From IMG/VR virus record IMGVR_UViG_3300026521_000636: 64,000 bases of DNA; one strand, given 5' to 3'. Every line of letters starts with the position of its first letter. The stretch's first letter is position 1. Both the position numbers and the translations under genes were made by a program. A model generated the notes under the pieces. It was not told where the DNA came from, did no database searches, and saw only the letters and a list, made by a program, of their open reading frames with translations. Origin of the DNA: an uncultured virus (IMG/VR IMGVR_UViG_3300026521_000636). Taxonomy: Duplodnaviria > Heunggongvirae > Uroviricota > Caudoviricetes. This document shows, piece by piece, positions 51,193 to 60,008 of the stretch.

Positions 51193-51723
51193 TCAATTAT
51201 AAGGTTCTATATTAAATTCTTCAAATAGAACCTTAAGCCCAACAGTTAATTTTCCCGACTTTGGAAAGTCAGGAAATTTTTTCTTTCGTCCACTCAATCC
51301 ATATTCTTTTTTTAATTTATTATAATTTCGTTTAGATACCTTTTGAGCTTTTGGTTCTTCTGATGGATGTATATAAAAATTTCCTTCTTCATCTTGATAT
51401 GCACCAGCTTCTAAATAATCTGCTAAATTTCGTAAAAAATCTGGCAAACTGATCGGGTGGTTAGTTTCATCTGCTCCGAAATATCTTTTCCAGTTATTTG
51501 TGATTTTTCCTTCCATTGCATTTGCCCTAAACTCTAAAGCATTTCTAATCGTACCTTTTTGTTCAGAACATTCTTCATTTTTTAATTTATGAATATGATC
51601 TAATACCATTTTATCGAGTTCAACCTCAATTCCTAATAATGGACATATTTTATTATTTTCTAACCATAATTTTTCTTTTAATTCTTTTATATTTTTCTGT
51701 TTTAATTGTATTAATTGTTTCAT
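51193..51723 (-). CDS. gp49: recombination endonuclease VII (T4 gp49-like)
   Basis: CPLLG...VLDHIH...GTIR..L...AN.MEGKI...L..LADYL...HP; ATG 51723 preferred over 51792. Confidence 0.8.
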   Translation of the reverse strand: MKQLIQLKQKNIKELKEKLWLENNKICPLLGIEVELDKMVLDHIHKLKNEECSEQKGTIRNALEFRANAMEGKITNNWKRYFGADETNHPISLPDFLRNLADYLEAGAYQDEEGNFYIHPSEEPKAQKVSKRNYNKLKKEYGLSGRKKKFPDFPKSGKLTVGLKVLFEEFNIEPYN

Positions 51724-51780
51724 AGTTTTATTTATATGATAAAAATTGTAAAATTGATATAAAAAAAATAAGGTTTTGTA

Positions 51781-53202
51781 ATGGATGAGCAAATAGATGA
51801 TACAGAATATGAAGACGCTTTAGCCGAATTAGAGGCAGAATCATCTTCAAAAAAGAAAAAGAAGAAAAAAACAGTTGAACATTCAGAAGGCAAACTATTA
51901 GATATTGAAGATAAAGAACGAATTTTACTTGCTCAACTTATTAATAACCCAGAATTATTTGTTAAAGGTATAACTTTTCTAGATAAAGATTTCTTTGAAT
52001 CAAAAATTAATAAATTAATTGTGGAATTTATGATTGATTATTATGATTTATATAAAAGTATCCCGCCTGAAGATGCTATACTATTAGAATTAAATTTAGA
52101 TAACGTACATGATGATTGGTTAGATATAAATAAACCTTGGCCAACAGAGTATCTTGAAGACTATTTAAATGCGTTTATAAAAAATATGAGTATGAAAGGT
52201 GCTATCGAAGATAGTATTGAATTACTAGAAGAAGAAGATTATGGAACTATTGAGAAGAAGATTAAAGATGCTGTAAACGTTGATATTGATACAAAGTTAG
52301 GTGTAACCATAGATACTGATAAAGATAATTTTCGTGACTTATTTAAAATGCTAACATCAACTGAAGCTACAATTCCAACTGGATGGTGGAACGTAGATGA
52401 TAAATTAGATGGTGGTGTAACAATACCAAGTTTAAATTATTTATTAGCTAAATCTGGTGGTGGTAAATCAATAGGTTTAATAAATTTAGCATGGAATTAT
52501 ATTCAGATGAAAAGGGATGTTATTTATATTTCTCTAGAACTAAAGGAAGAGAAAATCATGAAGAGGTATATAACCCACTCAACTAAAATTCCGACCCATC
52601 AAATTGAAAAGTCTGAGATGGAAATTTATAACCATCTAAAGAAATGTGATAATAAGGGGTATGGTCGATTTACTGTTCATTTCTATCAACCCAATACACT
52701 AAGTGCAATGAAGTTGGAATTATTTGTAAGAAATTATTTACAAAAATATAATACAGTACCTATTATTATTCTAGATTATGCAGGTTTAATGACACCAAAT
52801 GGTAAAAATTGGCAAGGTATGTTTGAAAAAGATAAATATGTTTCTGAAGAATTAAGAGCTGTGGCAACGTTATTTGATACGATCGTTTGGACAGCAGACC
52901 AATATAATAGATGTATATCATTTGGTGAACAGGTAATAACACCGAATGGTAAAAAAAATATTGAAGATGTTGAAATAGGGGATAAAGTTCTTGGGGGCAA
53001 TAATAGTTATCGTACTGTAACAGCGATAACGGAGCCGGAAGAACAAGAAGTATATAAAATTACTTTAAAAAGTGGAAAAACTATCAAAGTATCAGGAAGA
53101 CATATCTTCCCAAAAGTTTTAGAAGATGGGAAATTAGTAGAAGATTGCATATTATCTTCATTAAGTATAGGTGACAAGTTGGTGGTCTCCGATAAAATAT
53201 GA
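51781..53202 (+). CDS. gp41: replicative helicase (gp41/DnaB) N-terminal part fused to a split-intein N fragment
   Basis: PTGW..VD..L.GG, AKSGGGKS, YISLEL, ILDYAGLM, SEELRA.A, TADQYNR then intein C1. Confidence 0.9.
   Translation: MDEQIDDTEYEDALAELEAESSSKKKKKKKTVEHSEGKLLDIEDKERILLAQLINNPELFVKGITFLDKDFFESKINKLIVEFMIDYYDLYKSIPPEDAILLELNLDNVHDDWLDINKPWPTEYLEDYLNAFIKNMSMKGAIEDSIELLEEEDYGTIEKKIKDAVNVDIDTKLGVTIDTDKDNFRDLFKMLTSTEATIPTGWWNVDDKLDGGVTIPSLNYLLAKSGGGKSIGLINLAWNYIQMKRDVIYISLELKEEKIMKRYITHSTKIPTHQIEKSEMEIYNHLKKCDNKGYGRFTVHFYQPNTLSAMKLELFVRNYLQKYNTVPIIILDYAGLMTPNGKNWQGMFEKDKYVSEELRAVATLFDTIVWTADQYNRCISFGEQVITPNGKKNIEDVEIGDKVLGGNNSYRTVTAITEPEEQEVYKITLKSGKTIKVSGRHIFPKVLEDGKLVEDCILSSLSIGDKLVVSDKI
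52912..53199 (+). mobile_element. split intein N fragment (96 aa), gp41-8-like site
   Basis: Begins CISFGEQVITPNG, IGDKV, LKSGKTIKVSGRH (block B), stop with no block F/G. Confidence 0.85.
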
Positions 53203-53387
53203 AAAATGGAACATTCAGATTAAAAACTAGATTATTTATCTTTCCAAAATCATTCTTTGGTATTGAGAAGTGGGGCATTCAAAAAGTATATCAACGTTTT
53301 TGGAAAGACTATGTTAATTATGAAGAGCCAGACTTTGCATGTTGGGAAGATTACTGCTGGGATAATCAAATAGAAAGATTAATTTGA
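53199..53387 (+). CDS. small hypothetical protein
   Basis: ATGA coupling to the helicase; not intein-like. Confidence 0.5.
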   Translation: MKNGTFRLKTRLFIFPKSFFGIEKWGIQKVYQRFWKDYVNYEEPDFACWEDYCWDNQIERLI

Positions 53388-53438
53388 TTTTAAGGTTAAT
53401 TTAGATATTATTTTTAAATATAATTCAAGGAGAATAAT

Positions 53439-53963
53439 ATGCTAGTTATTAAAGCTATACAATTTGCAGCAGAAAAACATAAAGGTCAAGAACGAAGATG
53501 TTCTGGATTACCCTATGTAACACATCCAATTATTGTATCTCAACTAATTGCAAAATATAAAAATGGCTCTAAAAAGCTAGATGAATTACAATGTGCTGGA
53601 TTACTCCATGATGTTTTAGAAGATACAGATTGTACATATTCTGAGTTAGAGCGGGAATTTGGTCCATTAGTAGCTTCAATAGTCGTTGAATTAACGTCAG
53701 ATCCTGTAGCAATTAAGCAGCTAGGTAAGAATGAATATTTAAAGCAAAAAATGATTAAAATGTCTAAATATGCTTTTATCATAAAATTAATAGATCGACT
53801 TTCAAATGTTTTAGACAAACCTGGAGAGTCATATGTTAAAAAGACGTTAAATATGATGGAATTTCTTAAAAAAAATCGTCCTGATATAACTGAACGGCAA
53901 TTAAGAATTATAAATGAGATAGAAAATGTGTGTCTGGAGTTTCAAAAAAATGAGTGTAAGTAA
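53439..53963 (+). CDS. HD-domain (p)ppGpp hydrolase-like small alarmone hydrolase
   Basis: AAEKHKGQ.R...PYVTHP, LLHDVLED, KLIDRLSN. Confidence 0.88.
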   Translation: MLVIKAIQFAAEKHKGQERRCSGLPYVTHPIIVSQLIAKYKNGSKKLDELQCAGLLHDVLEDTDCTYSELEREFGPLVASIVVELTSDPVAIKQLGKNEYLKQKMIKMSKYAFIIKLIDRLSNVLDKPGESYVKKTLNMMEFLKKNRPDITERQLRIINEIENVCLEFQKNECK

Positions 53964-54468
53964 ATTTGAATATCAACTATTAGAAGATGAATTGAAAAAA
54001 ACTAAACGTGAGTTAAACCAATTAAAAAATATGCAAGAATTTGAATATCTAGTAGGTCAAGAATTTAAAATGCCTATGAAATTTGGTTTTGATATTACAG
54101 AGTCAAATATTAAATCACTAAAAAGTGATTTAGGATTCATTTTATGGGCACTTATAAAAAATAACCATTTAACTCCAGAAGATTTTGATGATGAAGTAAT
54201 GTCAGCTGTTGAAAAAATAAATCAAATACGTCCAAAAAATTACGTAGAATTTAAAGCAGCAATATCGTTTAGTAGATTACGTCAATCTAATAAATATGGT
54301 AGTACCTATATTGAAGAATTTCAAACACAAATTTTAAATGATGTTTATTGGTTAGGAATCTGGTTTTATATTAAAAATCCACAAGAATTTTTATTTGAAT
54401 ATAATAATAAAATTATGCAATTAAACACTAAAAATTTTTCATTTGTAAACCCCCAATTATTTGTTTAA
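53950..54468 (+). CDS. hypothetical protein (C-terminal NPQLFV)
   Basis: GGAG RBS before ATG 53950. Confidence 0.6.
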   Translation: MSVSKFEYQLLEDELKKTKRELNQLKNMQEFEYLVGQEFKMPMKFGFDITESNIKSLKSDLGFILWALIKNNHLTPEDFDDEVMSAVEKINQIRPKNYVEFKAAISFSRLRQSNKYGSTYIEEFQTQILNDVYWLGIWFYIKNPQEFLFEYNNKIMQLNTKNFSFVNPQLFV

Positions 54469-54501
54469 TAGTTATAAATATTTTAAAAAGTAGGTTTAAA
54501 T

Positions 54502-56679
54502 ATGGATGTTAAATATTTTTTAGAAAAATTAGGAAGTTTATTAATTATTGGATTTGTTATTATATCCACGTCTATTATACTTTATTTTAGCTATAAGTCA
54601 AATAATAAAGATATTATGGATGACATTGACAATAATTTACGCCACGAATTGATTATTTTATCTATTGCGTCCGAAGATTTGTTTAACAAATATAACAATA
54701 TACTTACAATGTTAGGGGATAATATTTTATCCAAAGATAATAAACAAAAATATTTAGATACAGCATTAAAATTAGAAACTGATGCAGTGGGCTATGGTTT
54801 TATATCACCCGAAGGTAATATATTAATTAACTCCTCAAACGTCGATATAAAGAAGATCTCTAATTTTATCTCCAACCCCAAAACTAAAGGAACATTTCTT
54901 AAAACTATAAAATCAAAATCATCAATTTTAGGACGGTCATATTTATTTAAACCGACAAATCAATTAATTGTACCAATAAGAAAAAGTATTAGGAAAAATT
55001 CAAAAGTATATGGTGTACTAGCGGTAGGCATTAATATAAATAAGTCGTTTTCTAATTTATTTACAAATAAAATACATAACAATTCTATAATTTTATTAAT
55101 CAAAAATAACTCAGCTAGAATTCAATATTCAAACGATAATACGTTCGAAATAGATTCTATTTTAAAAACCGATAATCCTCGACTTTTTAAAACTATAAAT
55201 CAAATGACATTGACTAATACATCATTAAATAATATAAAATATAGGGTAGGTGTAAAATTTATTGAAAAATACAATCTATGGCTTGTTATAGGCTTTCCTT
55301 CAAAAGTTATATCTTCATTAAAAAATGAATGGTTAATAAATGCTGTATCTATATGGTTTGTTTTTAACGTAAGTTTTATTATAATGATATTAATTATTAA
55401 TAAGATTAATAACGATCGGAAAAATGAATTGGAATATATTTCTATACATGATCCATTAACACATATTGGAAATAGATATTATTTAAATAAGAAAATAGTC
55501 GATTACGAAGAATATAGTATGCTATTTTTAGATCTAGACAATTTTAAATTTATAAATGATAACTTCGGACATAATTACGGAGATAAATTTTTAGTTTCTA
55601 TAGCAACAGAACTTAAAAAAAATATTTCTGCTGATGATTTATTAATACGTTTTAGTGGTGATGAATTTATAATTATTACTAGGGAAATGAATAAAGATAA
55701 ATTATTAAGTTTTGCTAAAAGATTATTGAATATGACTAATGAGAAATTTAAATATGAGCATAAGACAACCATGAGTATTGGTATTGCACAACGAGAGGGA
55801 TCTGAAGATCTACATAATGTAAAATATAAAGCAGATTTAGCTTTATATATAGCAAAAGAAGAACTAAACACCATTATATTCTATGATAAAAATATAGAAG
55901 AATCATTTAAAGAAGAACATTTAATAGAAAATGAACTATTAGAAGGTATTATTTTAAAAGAAATTTTCATGGTTTATCAACCACAATTAAATACTAAAAA
56001 TAAAATCGTAGGAATAGAAGCATTAGTTCGATGGAATAATTCAAAGTTAGGTTATATAAATCCCGAGACATTTATCAAAATCGCTGAAAAAAATGGAAAT
56101 ATGATAATTTTAGGTGATCATATATTAAATCAAGTTTTTAGTGATATTAATACATTTAAAAATATAATTCCAGATAATTTTAATATATCTATTAATATTT
56201 CTGTTAAACAATTTATGGAAGATAACTTTGTACAAAAATTAAAGGATAAATTATACCAATATAAAGTCAATCCAAATAATATCACATTAGAAGTAACAGA
56301 AAATATATTTATTTTAGATTTAAACTATATGGAACAAATAATAAATGATTTGCATACATTGGGTGTAAAAATTTCTATTGATGATTTTGGAACAGGATAC
56401 TCTTCTTTATCTTCTGTTAAACATCTGACTATTGATGAAATAAAGATTGATAAATCTTTTGTAGATAATATTGAAAACGACCATAGTTCCAAAAGTATGG
56501 CTGAAGTAATTATTAAAATGAGTAAAATTTTTAATACCATTATTTTAGCTGAAGGTATAGAAAATATCAAACAAAAAGAAATTCTTGATAACTTAGGGTG
56601 CGATTTCTACCAAGGATATTACTTTTCAAAACCTTTACCATTAACAAAATTAAAAGAGTTCATAAAAAATAATATTTAA
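54502..56679 (+). CDS. membrane sensor (Cache-like)-GGDEF-EAL c-di-GMP enzyme
   Basis: 2 TM flanking a periplasmic domain; HDPLT, DLDNFK, RFSGDEF; YQPQ, EALVRW, LEVTE, DDFGTGYSS, KIDKSF, AEGIE, QGY. Confidence 0.92.
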   Translation: MDVKYFLEKLGSLLIIGFVIISTSIILYFSYKSNNKDIMDDIDNNLRHELIILSIASEDLFNKYNNILTMLGDNILSKDNKQKYLDTALKLETDAVGYGFISPEGNILINSSNVDIKKISNFISNPKTKGTFLKTIKSKSSILGRSYLFKPTNQLIVPIRKSIRKNSKVYGVLAVGININKSFSNLFTNKIHNNSIILLIKNNSARIQYSNDNTFEIDSILKTDNPRLFKTINQMTLTNTSLNNIKYRVGVKFIEKYNLWLVIGFPSKVISSLKNEWLINAVSIWFVFNVSFIIMILIINKINNDRKNELEYISIHDPLTHIGNRYYLNKKIVDYEEYSMLFLDLDNFKFINDNFGHNYGDKFLVSIATELKKNISADDLLIRFSGDEFIIITREMNKDKLLSFAKRLLNMTNEKFKYEHKTTMSIGIAQREGSEDLHNVKYKADLALYIAKEELNTIIFYDKNIEESFKEEHLIENELLEGIILKEIFMVYQPQLNTKNKIVGIEALVRWNNSKLGYINPETFIKIAEKNGNMIILGDHILNQVFSDINTFKNIIPDNFNISINISVKQFMEDNFVQKLKDKLYQYKVNPNNITLEVTENIFILDLNYMEQIINDLHTLGVKISIDDFGTGYSSLSSVKHLTIDEIKIDKSFVDNIENDHSSKSMAEVIIKMSKIFNTIILAEGIENIKQKEILDNLGCDFYQGYYFSKPLPLTKLKEFIKNNI

Positions 56680-56736
56680 GTTAATTATAAGTTTATTTTG
56701 TATATAATAAAACCTAATAAAAATTTAGGAGTTAGA

Positions 56737-57660
56737 ATGGAAAAACTTATGAAGACCATTGGATGGTCAGTAGTACTAGGTATTGGCCTTGTTATAATCT
56801 TAGGATTTATGGCAATCACAAAAACTGGATTTGCAATTGTAAATGACGGTGAAAGAGGCGTTATGAAAACAGGTACAAAATATGATATGACGGAAGTACA
56901 ACCCGGTTATCATTTCTTTATACCAATCTATCAGAGTATTGAGATAGACACGATTCGTCCAAAACTTATTAATTATTCAAGAACAGAAGCAAACAAAGAA
57001 GATTCTGAATTACTTATTTTTGAACCGGTTCTTAAAGGTTTAGATAAAAAAGGTATTCCTATTGAGTTAGCTTTAAGTATTGAAGTAAAACCCGTAGCAG
57101 ATCAACTAGCTGAAATGTATAAGAATGATGGTGATTTTGAAAATGCATTCTATAAAAAAGTTAAGCAGGTAAATAGAGAGGCCGTACAAGCTACAATTTC
57201 TAGATTTAGTGTTGATACTATTATGGATAAAAGACCTGAAGTTGAAAAGTATCTTACAGAAAAACTTAATGAAAGTTACTCTAAAAACCCATATTTTAAA
57301 TTGGTAAATATCAATCTTAAAGATATTATAGTGCCAAAAGAGATCGCTGATAAGATGTTAGAAGTTCAATCGGCTAAACAAGATGCTCTCAAATCACAAG
57401 AGTTAATTAAGAAAGCACAAAATGAAGCTAAAGCGAGAGAAGCTAAAGCTCAAGGTGAAGCTAATGCAGTTAAAATTGCGGCACAAGGTAGAGCTGATGC
57501 TATTTTAGTCGAGGCTAATGCCCAATCAAAAGCTAATAAATTACTTAGTGCATCATTAACTGATAAGGTTATTAAAATTCAAACCGTTGAAAAGTGGAAT
57601 GGTTCTGTACCTACTTATGTTGGTGGAGAAAATTCACAATTTATTATGGATATGAAATAA
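56737..57660 (+). CDS. SPFH/band 7/prohibitin family protein
   Basis: N-terminal TM, GERGV...G...PG.HF..P, Ala/Glu-rich coiled coil, KWNG..P; ATG 56737 after AGGAG. Confidence 0.88.
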   Translation: MEKLMKTIGWSVVLGIGLVIILGFMAITKTGFAIVNDGERGVMKTGTKYDMTEVQPGYHFFIPIYQSIEIDTIRPKLINYSRTEANKEDSELLIFEPVLKGLDKKGIPIELALSIEVKPVADQLAEMYKNDGDFENAFYKKVKQVNREAVQATISRFSVDTIMDKRPEVEKYLTEKLNESYSKNPYFKLVNINLKDIIVPKEIADKMLEVQSAKQDALKSQELIKKAQNEAKAREAKAQGEANAVKIAAQGRADAILVEANAQSKANKLLSASLTDKVIKIQTVEKWNGSVPTYVGGENSQFIMDMK

Positions 57661-57674
57661 TCCTTACAACTAAA

Positions 57675-57697
57675 TATCTAGGTTTTTAACCTAGATA
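57675..57697. terminator. hairpin terminator
   Basis: TATCTAGGTT / AACCTAGATA 10-bp stem after the SPFH gene. Confidence 0.6.
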
Positions 57698-57750
57698 CCT
57701 CTCTTTATACTAATCCCTAATAAACCCATATAAATAAATTAAAAATATGG

Positions 57751-57954
57751 ATGTATAGAATGAAAAAACAATTTACATACCAAAATAATATTTTAGCATT
57801 TCCTTGCGGTATTGAAGTTGAAATCAACAAACAGAAACTCAAAGACATTTATAAAATCTTTAAATTGGAAAATGAATTTGAAGAAATGATTAAAATAGGT
57901 TATAGTGAAATACCCCAATGGGCTGCTTCTCAAATTAGACAATATCTAACATAA
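57751..57954 (+). CDS. small hypothetical protein
   Basis: TATAAATA at 57729. Confidence 0.5.
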   Translation: MYRMKKQFTYQNNILAFPCGIEVEINKQKLKDIYKIFKLENEFEEMIKIGYSEIPQWAASQIRQYLT

Positions 57955-57992
57955 AAATTGTATAATAAAAAGAAACAATTAAGGAGTATATT

Positions 57993-59108
57993 TTGGCTTT
58001 ACCAAAAAAGAAAAAAATTTTTTCTATCCCACTTAACCCGTACACTTCAAAAGAAGACTTTGAAAACATCTTTGTTCCATTCTTAAAAAAGAATGCCGAT
58101 TGGATTTATGATGTATATTTTACAAGTAGAATCCCACCATTTATGCAAGATGCAATGGGAGCAAATTTTGATAATAATTCATTAGTACAAATTTTTAATA
58201 ATGCTATGGCATTAGAACAAGCTACAGGAGTTAGAGTTTCAGCAACTTTCAATAATGTTAATGTTCCACCTACTGCAGAGAATTTAGAAATATTTTGTTC
58301 AAATCTACAATTTTTATATGATGCAGGACTCAGAAGCATGACACAACCACACAATCATTGGATGATGACCGGTGTATTTAAAGAAAAATTTCCCGAATTA
58401 CAAGTAAAGAATACAGTTTTAAAAAGAGTTGCTACAGCACAAGACTTTTGGACTGCATGTGAAGCAGGTTATGATTATATTAATATTGATAGAATTCTTT
58501 TGCGTGATGAAGAAATGCTAAAGAGAATTAAAAAAGCCCAACTTAAATTTGAAAAAGAAACTGGAAAATATGTACCTATCGCATTACTTGCTAATGAAGG
58601 GTGTAGAGGTAAATGTCCGGTAATGAATGAACATTATACAATTAATAATGCTAGTGGTAGCAAACAACCAGGAACAGACAAACCATATTTTTATCAAAAA
58701 ATTAGTGAAGTTAGTTGCCCTAAATGGAGATTAGAAGATCCTGCTTATTCATTCAAAATAGGCAACATACCACCATATCGAGAAGATTTTGAAAGACTTT
58801 TAGAGTATGTAGATGTAATAAAAACTCATGGTAGAGAAGGGTTTGGACTACTAAATGATACTATCAAATTCATTGAGAGTTATATTAATGGTGATGAAGA
58901 ATTACATGACATTTCAATTAGAGGTCAAATTGAAGATTTAAAAGTCGACCAAAATAAATTGCAATTATGGCGAAAACATATTAGAACGTGTCAATTTGAA
59001 TGTTGGGATTGTCATCTTTGTGATGAACTAGTAGCATCAGCTCAAAAAAAGAAGGATAAAGATTTAGGTACATCAATAGATGATTTAATAAATTCATATG
59101 AAGGATAA
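57993..59108 (+). CDS. peptidase U32-like (Fe-S) protein
   Basis: LANEGCRGKCP...H, C, K.HGRE, Cys-rich C-terminus CQFECWDCHLC; AAGGAG before TTG. Confidence 0.72.
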   Translation: MALPKKKKIFSIPLNPYTSKEDFENIFVPFLKKNADWIYDVYFTSRIPPFMQDAMGANFDNNSLVQIFNNAMALEQATGVRVSATFNNVNVPPTAENLEIFCSNLQFLYDAGLRSMTQPHNHWMMTGVFKEKFPELQVKNTVLKRVATAQDFWTACEAGYDYINIDRILLRDEEMLKRIKKAQLKFEKETGKYVPIALLANEGCRGKCPVMNEHYTINNASGSKQPGTDKPYFYQKISEVSCPKWRLEDPAYSFKIGNIPPYREDFERLLEYVDVIKTHGREGFGLLNDTIKFIESYINGDEELHDISIRGQIEDLKVDQNKLQLWRKHIRTCQFECWDCHLCDELVASAQKKKDKDLGTSIDDLINSYEG

Positions 59109-59370
59109 CATTATGATTAAGATAATTTCAAAATATGATGATAATTCATCATTAGATTTTTTAGCGACTAAATGTAATTATGAAGTTGTTATAAGTACTA
59201 TTGATGATACAACACAATCCACTATATGTGATGGTAAAGATGCAGGACTAAAAGCATTAGAAGTAATTGATCAATATAAATTGCTTTCTGATAGTAATCC
59301 TCCTTTCCCATTCATAGAATCGACAATAGTAAAATATCTTGCTCCATTAATTAATAAGATAGGTTTATAA
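59098..59370 (+). CDS. hypothetical protein
   Basis: ORF between U32 and dcd; start may be 59113. Confidence 0.55.
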   Translation: MKDNIMIKIISKYDDNSSLDFLATKCNYEVVISTIDDTTQSTICDGKDAGLKALEVIDQYKLLSDSNPPFPFIESTIVKYLAPLINKIGL

Positions 59371-59372
59371 TT

Positions 59373-59984
59373 ATGAGTGTTTTACTTGGAAGTAAGATTA
59401 TAGAAGAAGTATCTAATGGGAAAATTATCATTGAACCATTCAATAAATCTTTTGTAGGACCAAATTCTATTGATATAACATTAGCTAATAAACTAATTAC
59501 ATATGAACATTGTGAAATTAGAAAAATTGATGGGGAATATACTGTTGTACCCGCAAAAATATTTGGTTATCAAGAGCCTATTATTGATATGGCTAAAGAA
59601 AATACAACGTATGAATTAAAAATTCCGGAAGAAGGATTAGTACTTTCTCCAAATATTCTATATTTAGGAAGTACAAATGAAAAGGCAGGAAGTGATTATT
59701 ATGTCCCAATGTATGAAGGTCGTAGCTCAATGGCTCGATTAGGAATACAATCTCATGTTTCTGCAGGATTTGGGGATATTTTTTTTAAAAGTAATTGGAC
59801 CTTAGAAATAACAGTAGTACATAAAACAAAGATATACCCAAATTGTCGAATTGGACAAGTATATTTTCATGAAGTAAATGAATTAGAAAGAAGAGATTTA
59901 ATTAAAATGAAAAAATACTACCAAGGAAAATATTCAGACCAGATAGGTCCTCAAAAATCTAAATCATATTTAGATTTTCAATAA
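59373..59984 (+). CDS. dcd: dCTP deaminase
   Basis: PNSIDITL, EGRSSMARLG, AGFGD, TLEI, RIGQ, GKY..Q.GP..S. Confidence 0.92.
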   Translation: MSVLLGSKIIEEVSNGKIIIEPFNKSFVGPNSIDITLANKLITYEHCEIRKIDGEYTVVPAKIFGYQEPIIDMAKENTTYELKIPEEGLVLSPNILYLGSTNEKAGSDYYVPMYEGRSSMARLGIQSHVSAGFGDIFFKSNWTLEITVVHKTKIYPNCRIGQVYFHEVNELERRDLIKMKKYYQGKYSDQIGPQKSKSYLDFQ

Positions 59985-60008
59985 ATAAAATAAAAAAGGA
60001 GATTTACT

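Noticed and set aside
48695..53199. gp41 IntN and UvsW IntC as one cognate pair making a chimeric helicase
   Set aside because: Both contain block B, so they overlap rather than complement, and the exteins belong to different helicase superfamilies
9365..56736. Track start codons at 9365, 26030, 40841 and 56698
   Set aside because: These TTG/GTG codons lie inside promoter or hairpin sequences; downstream ATGs have proper RBSs
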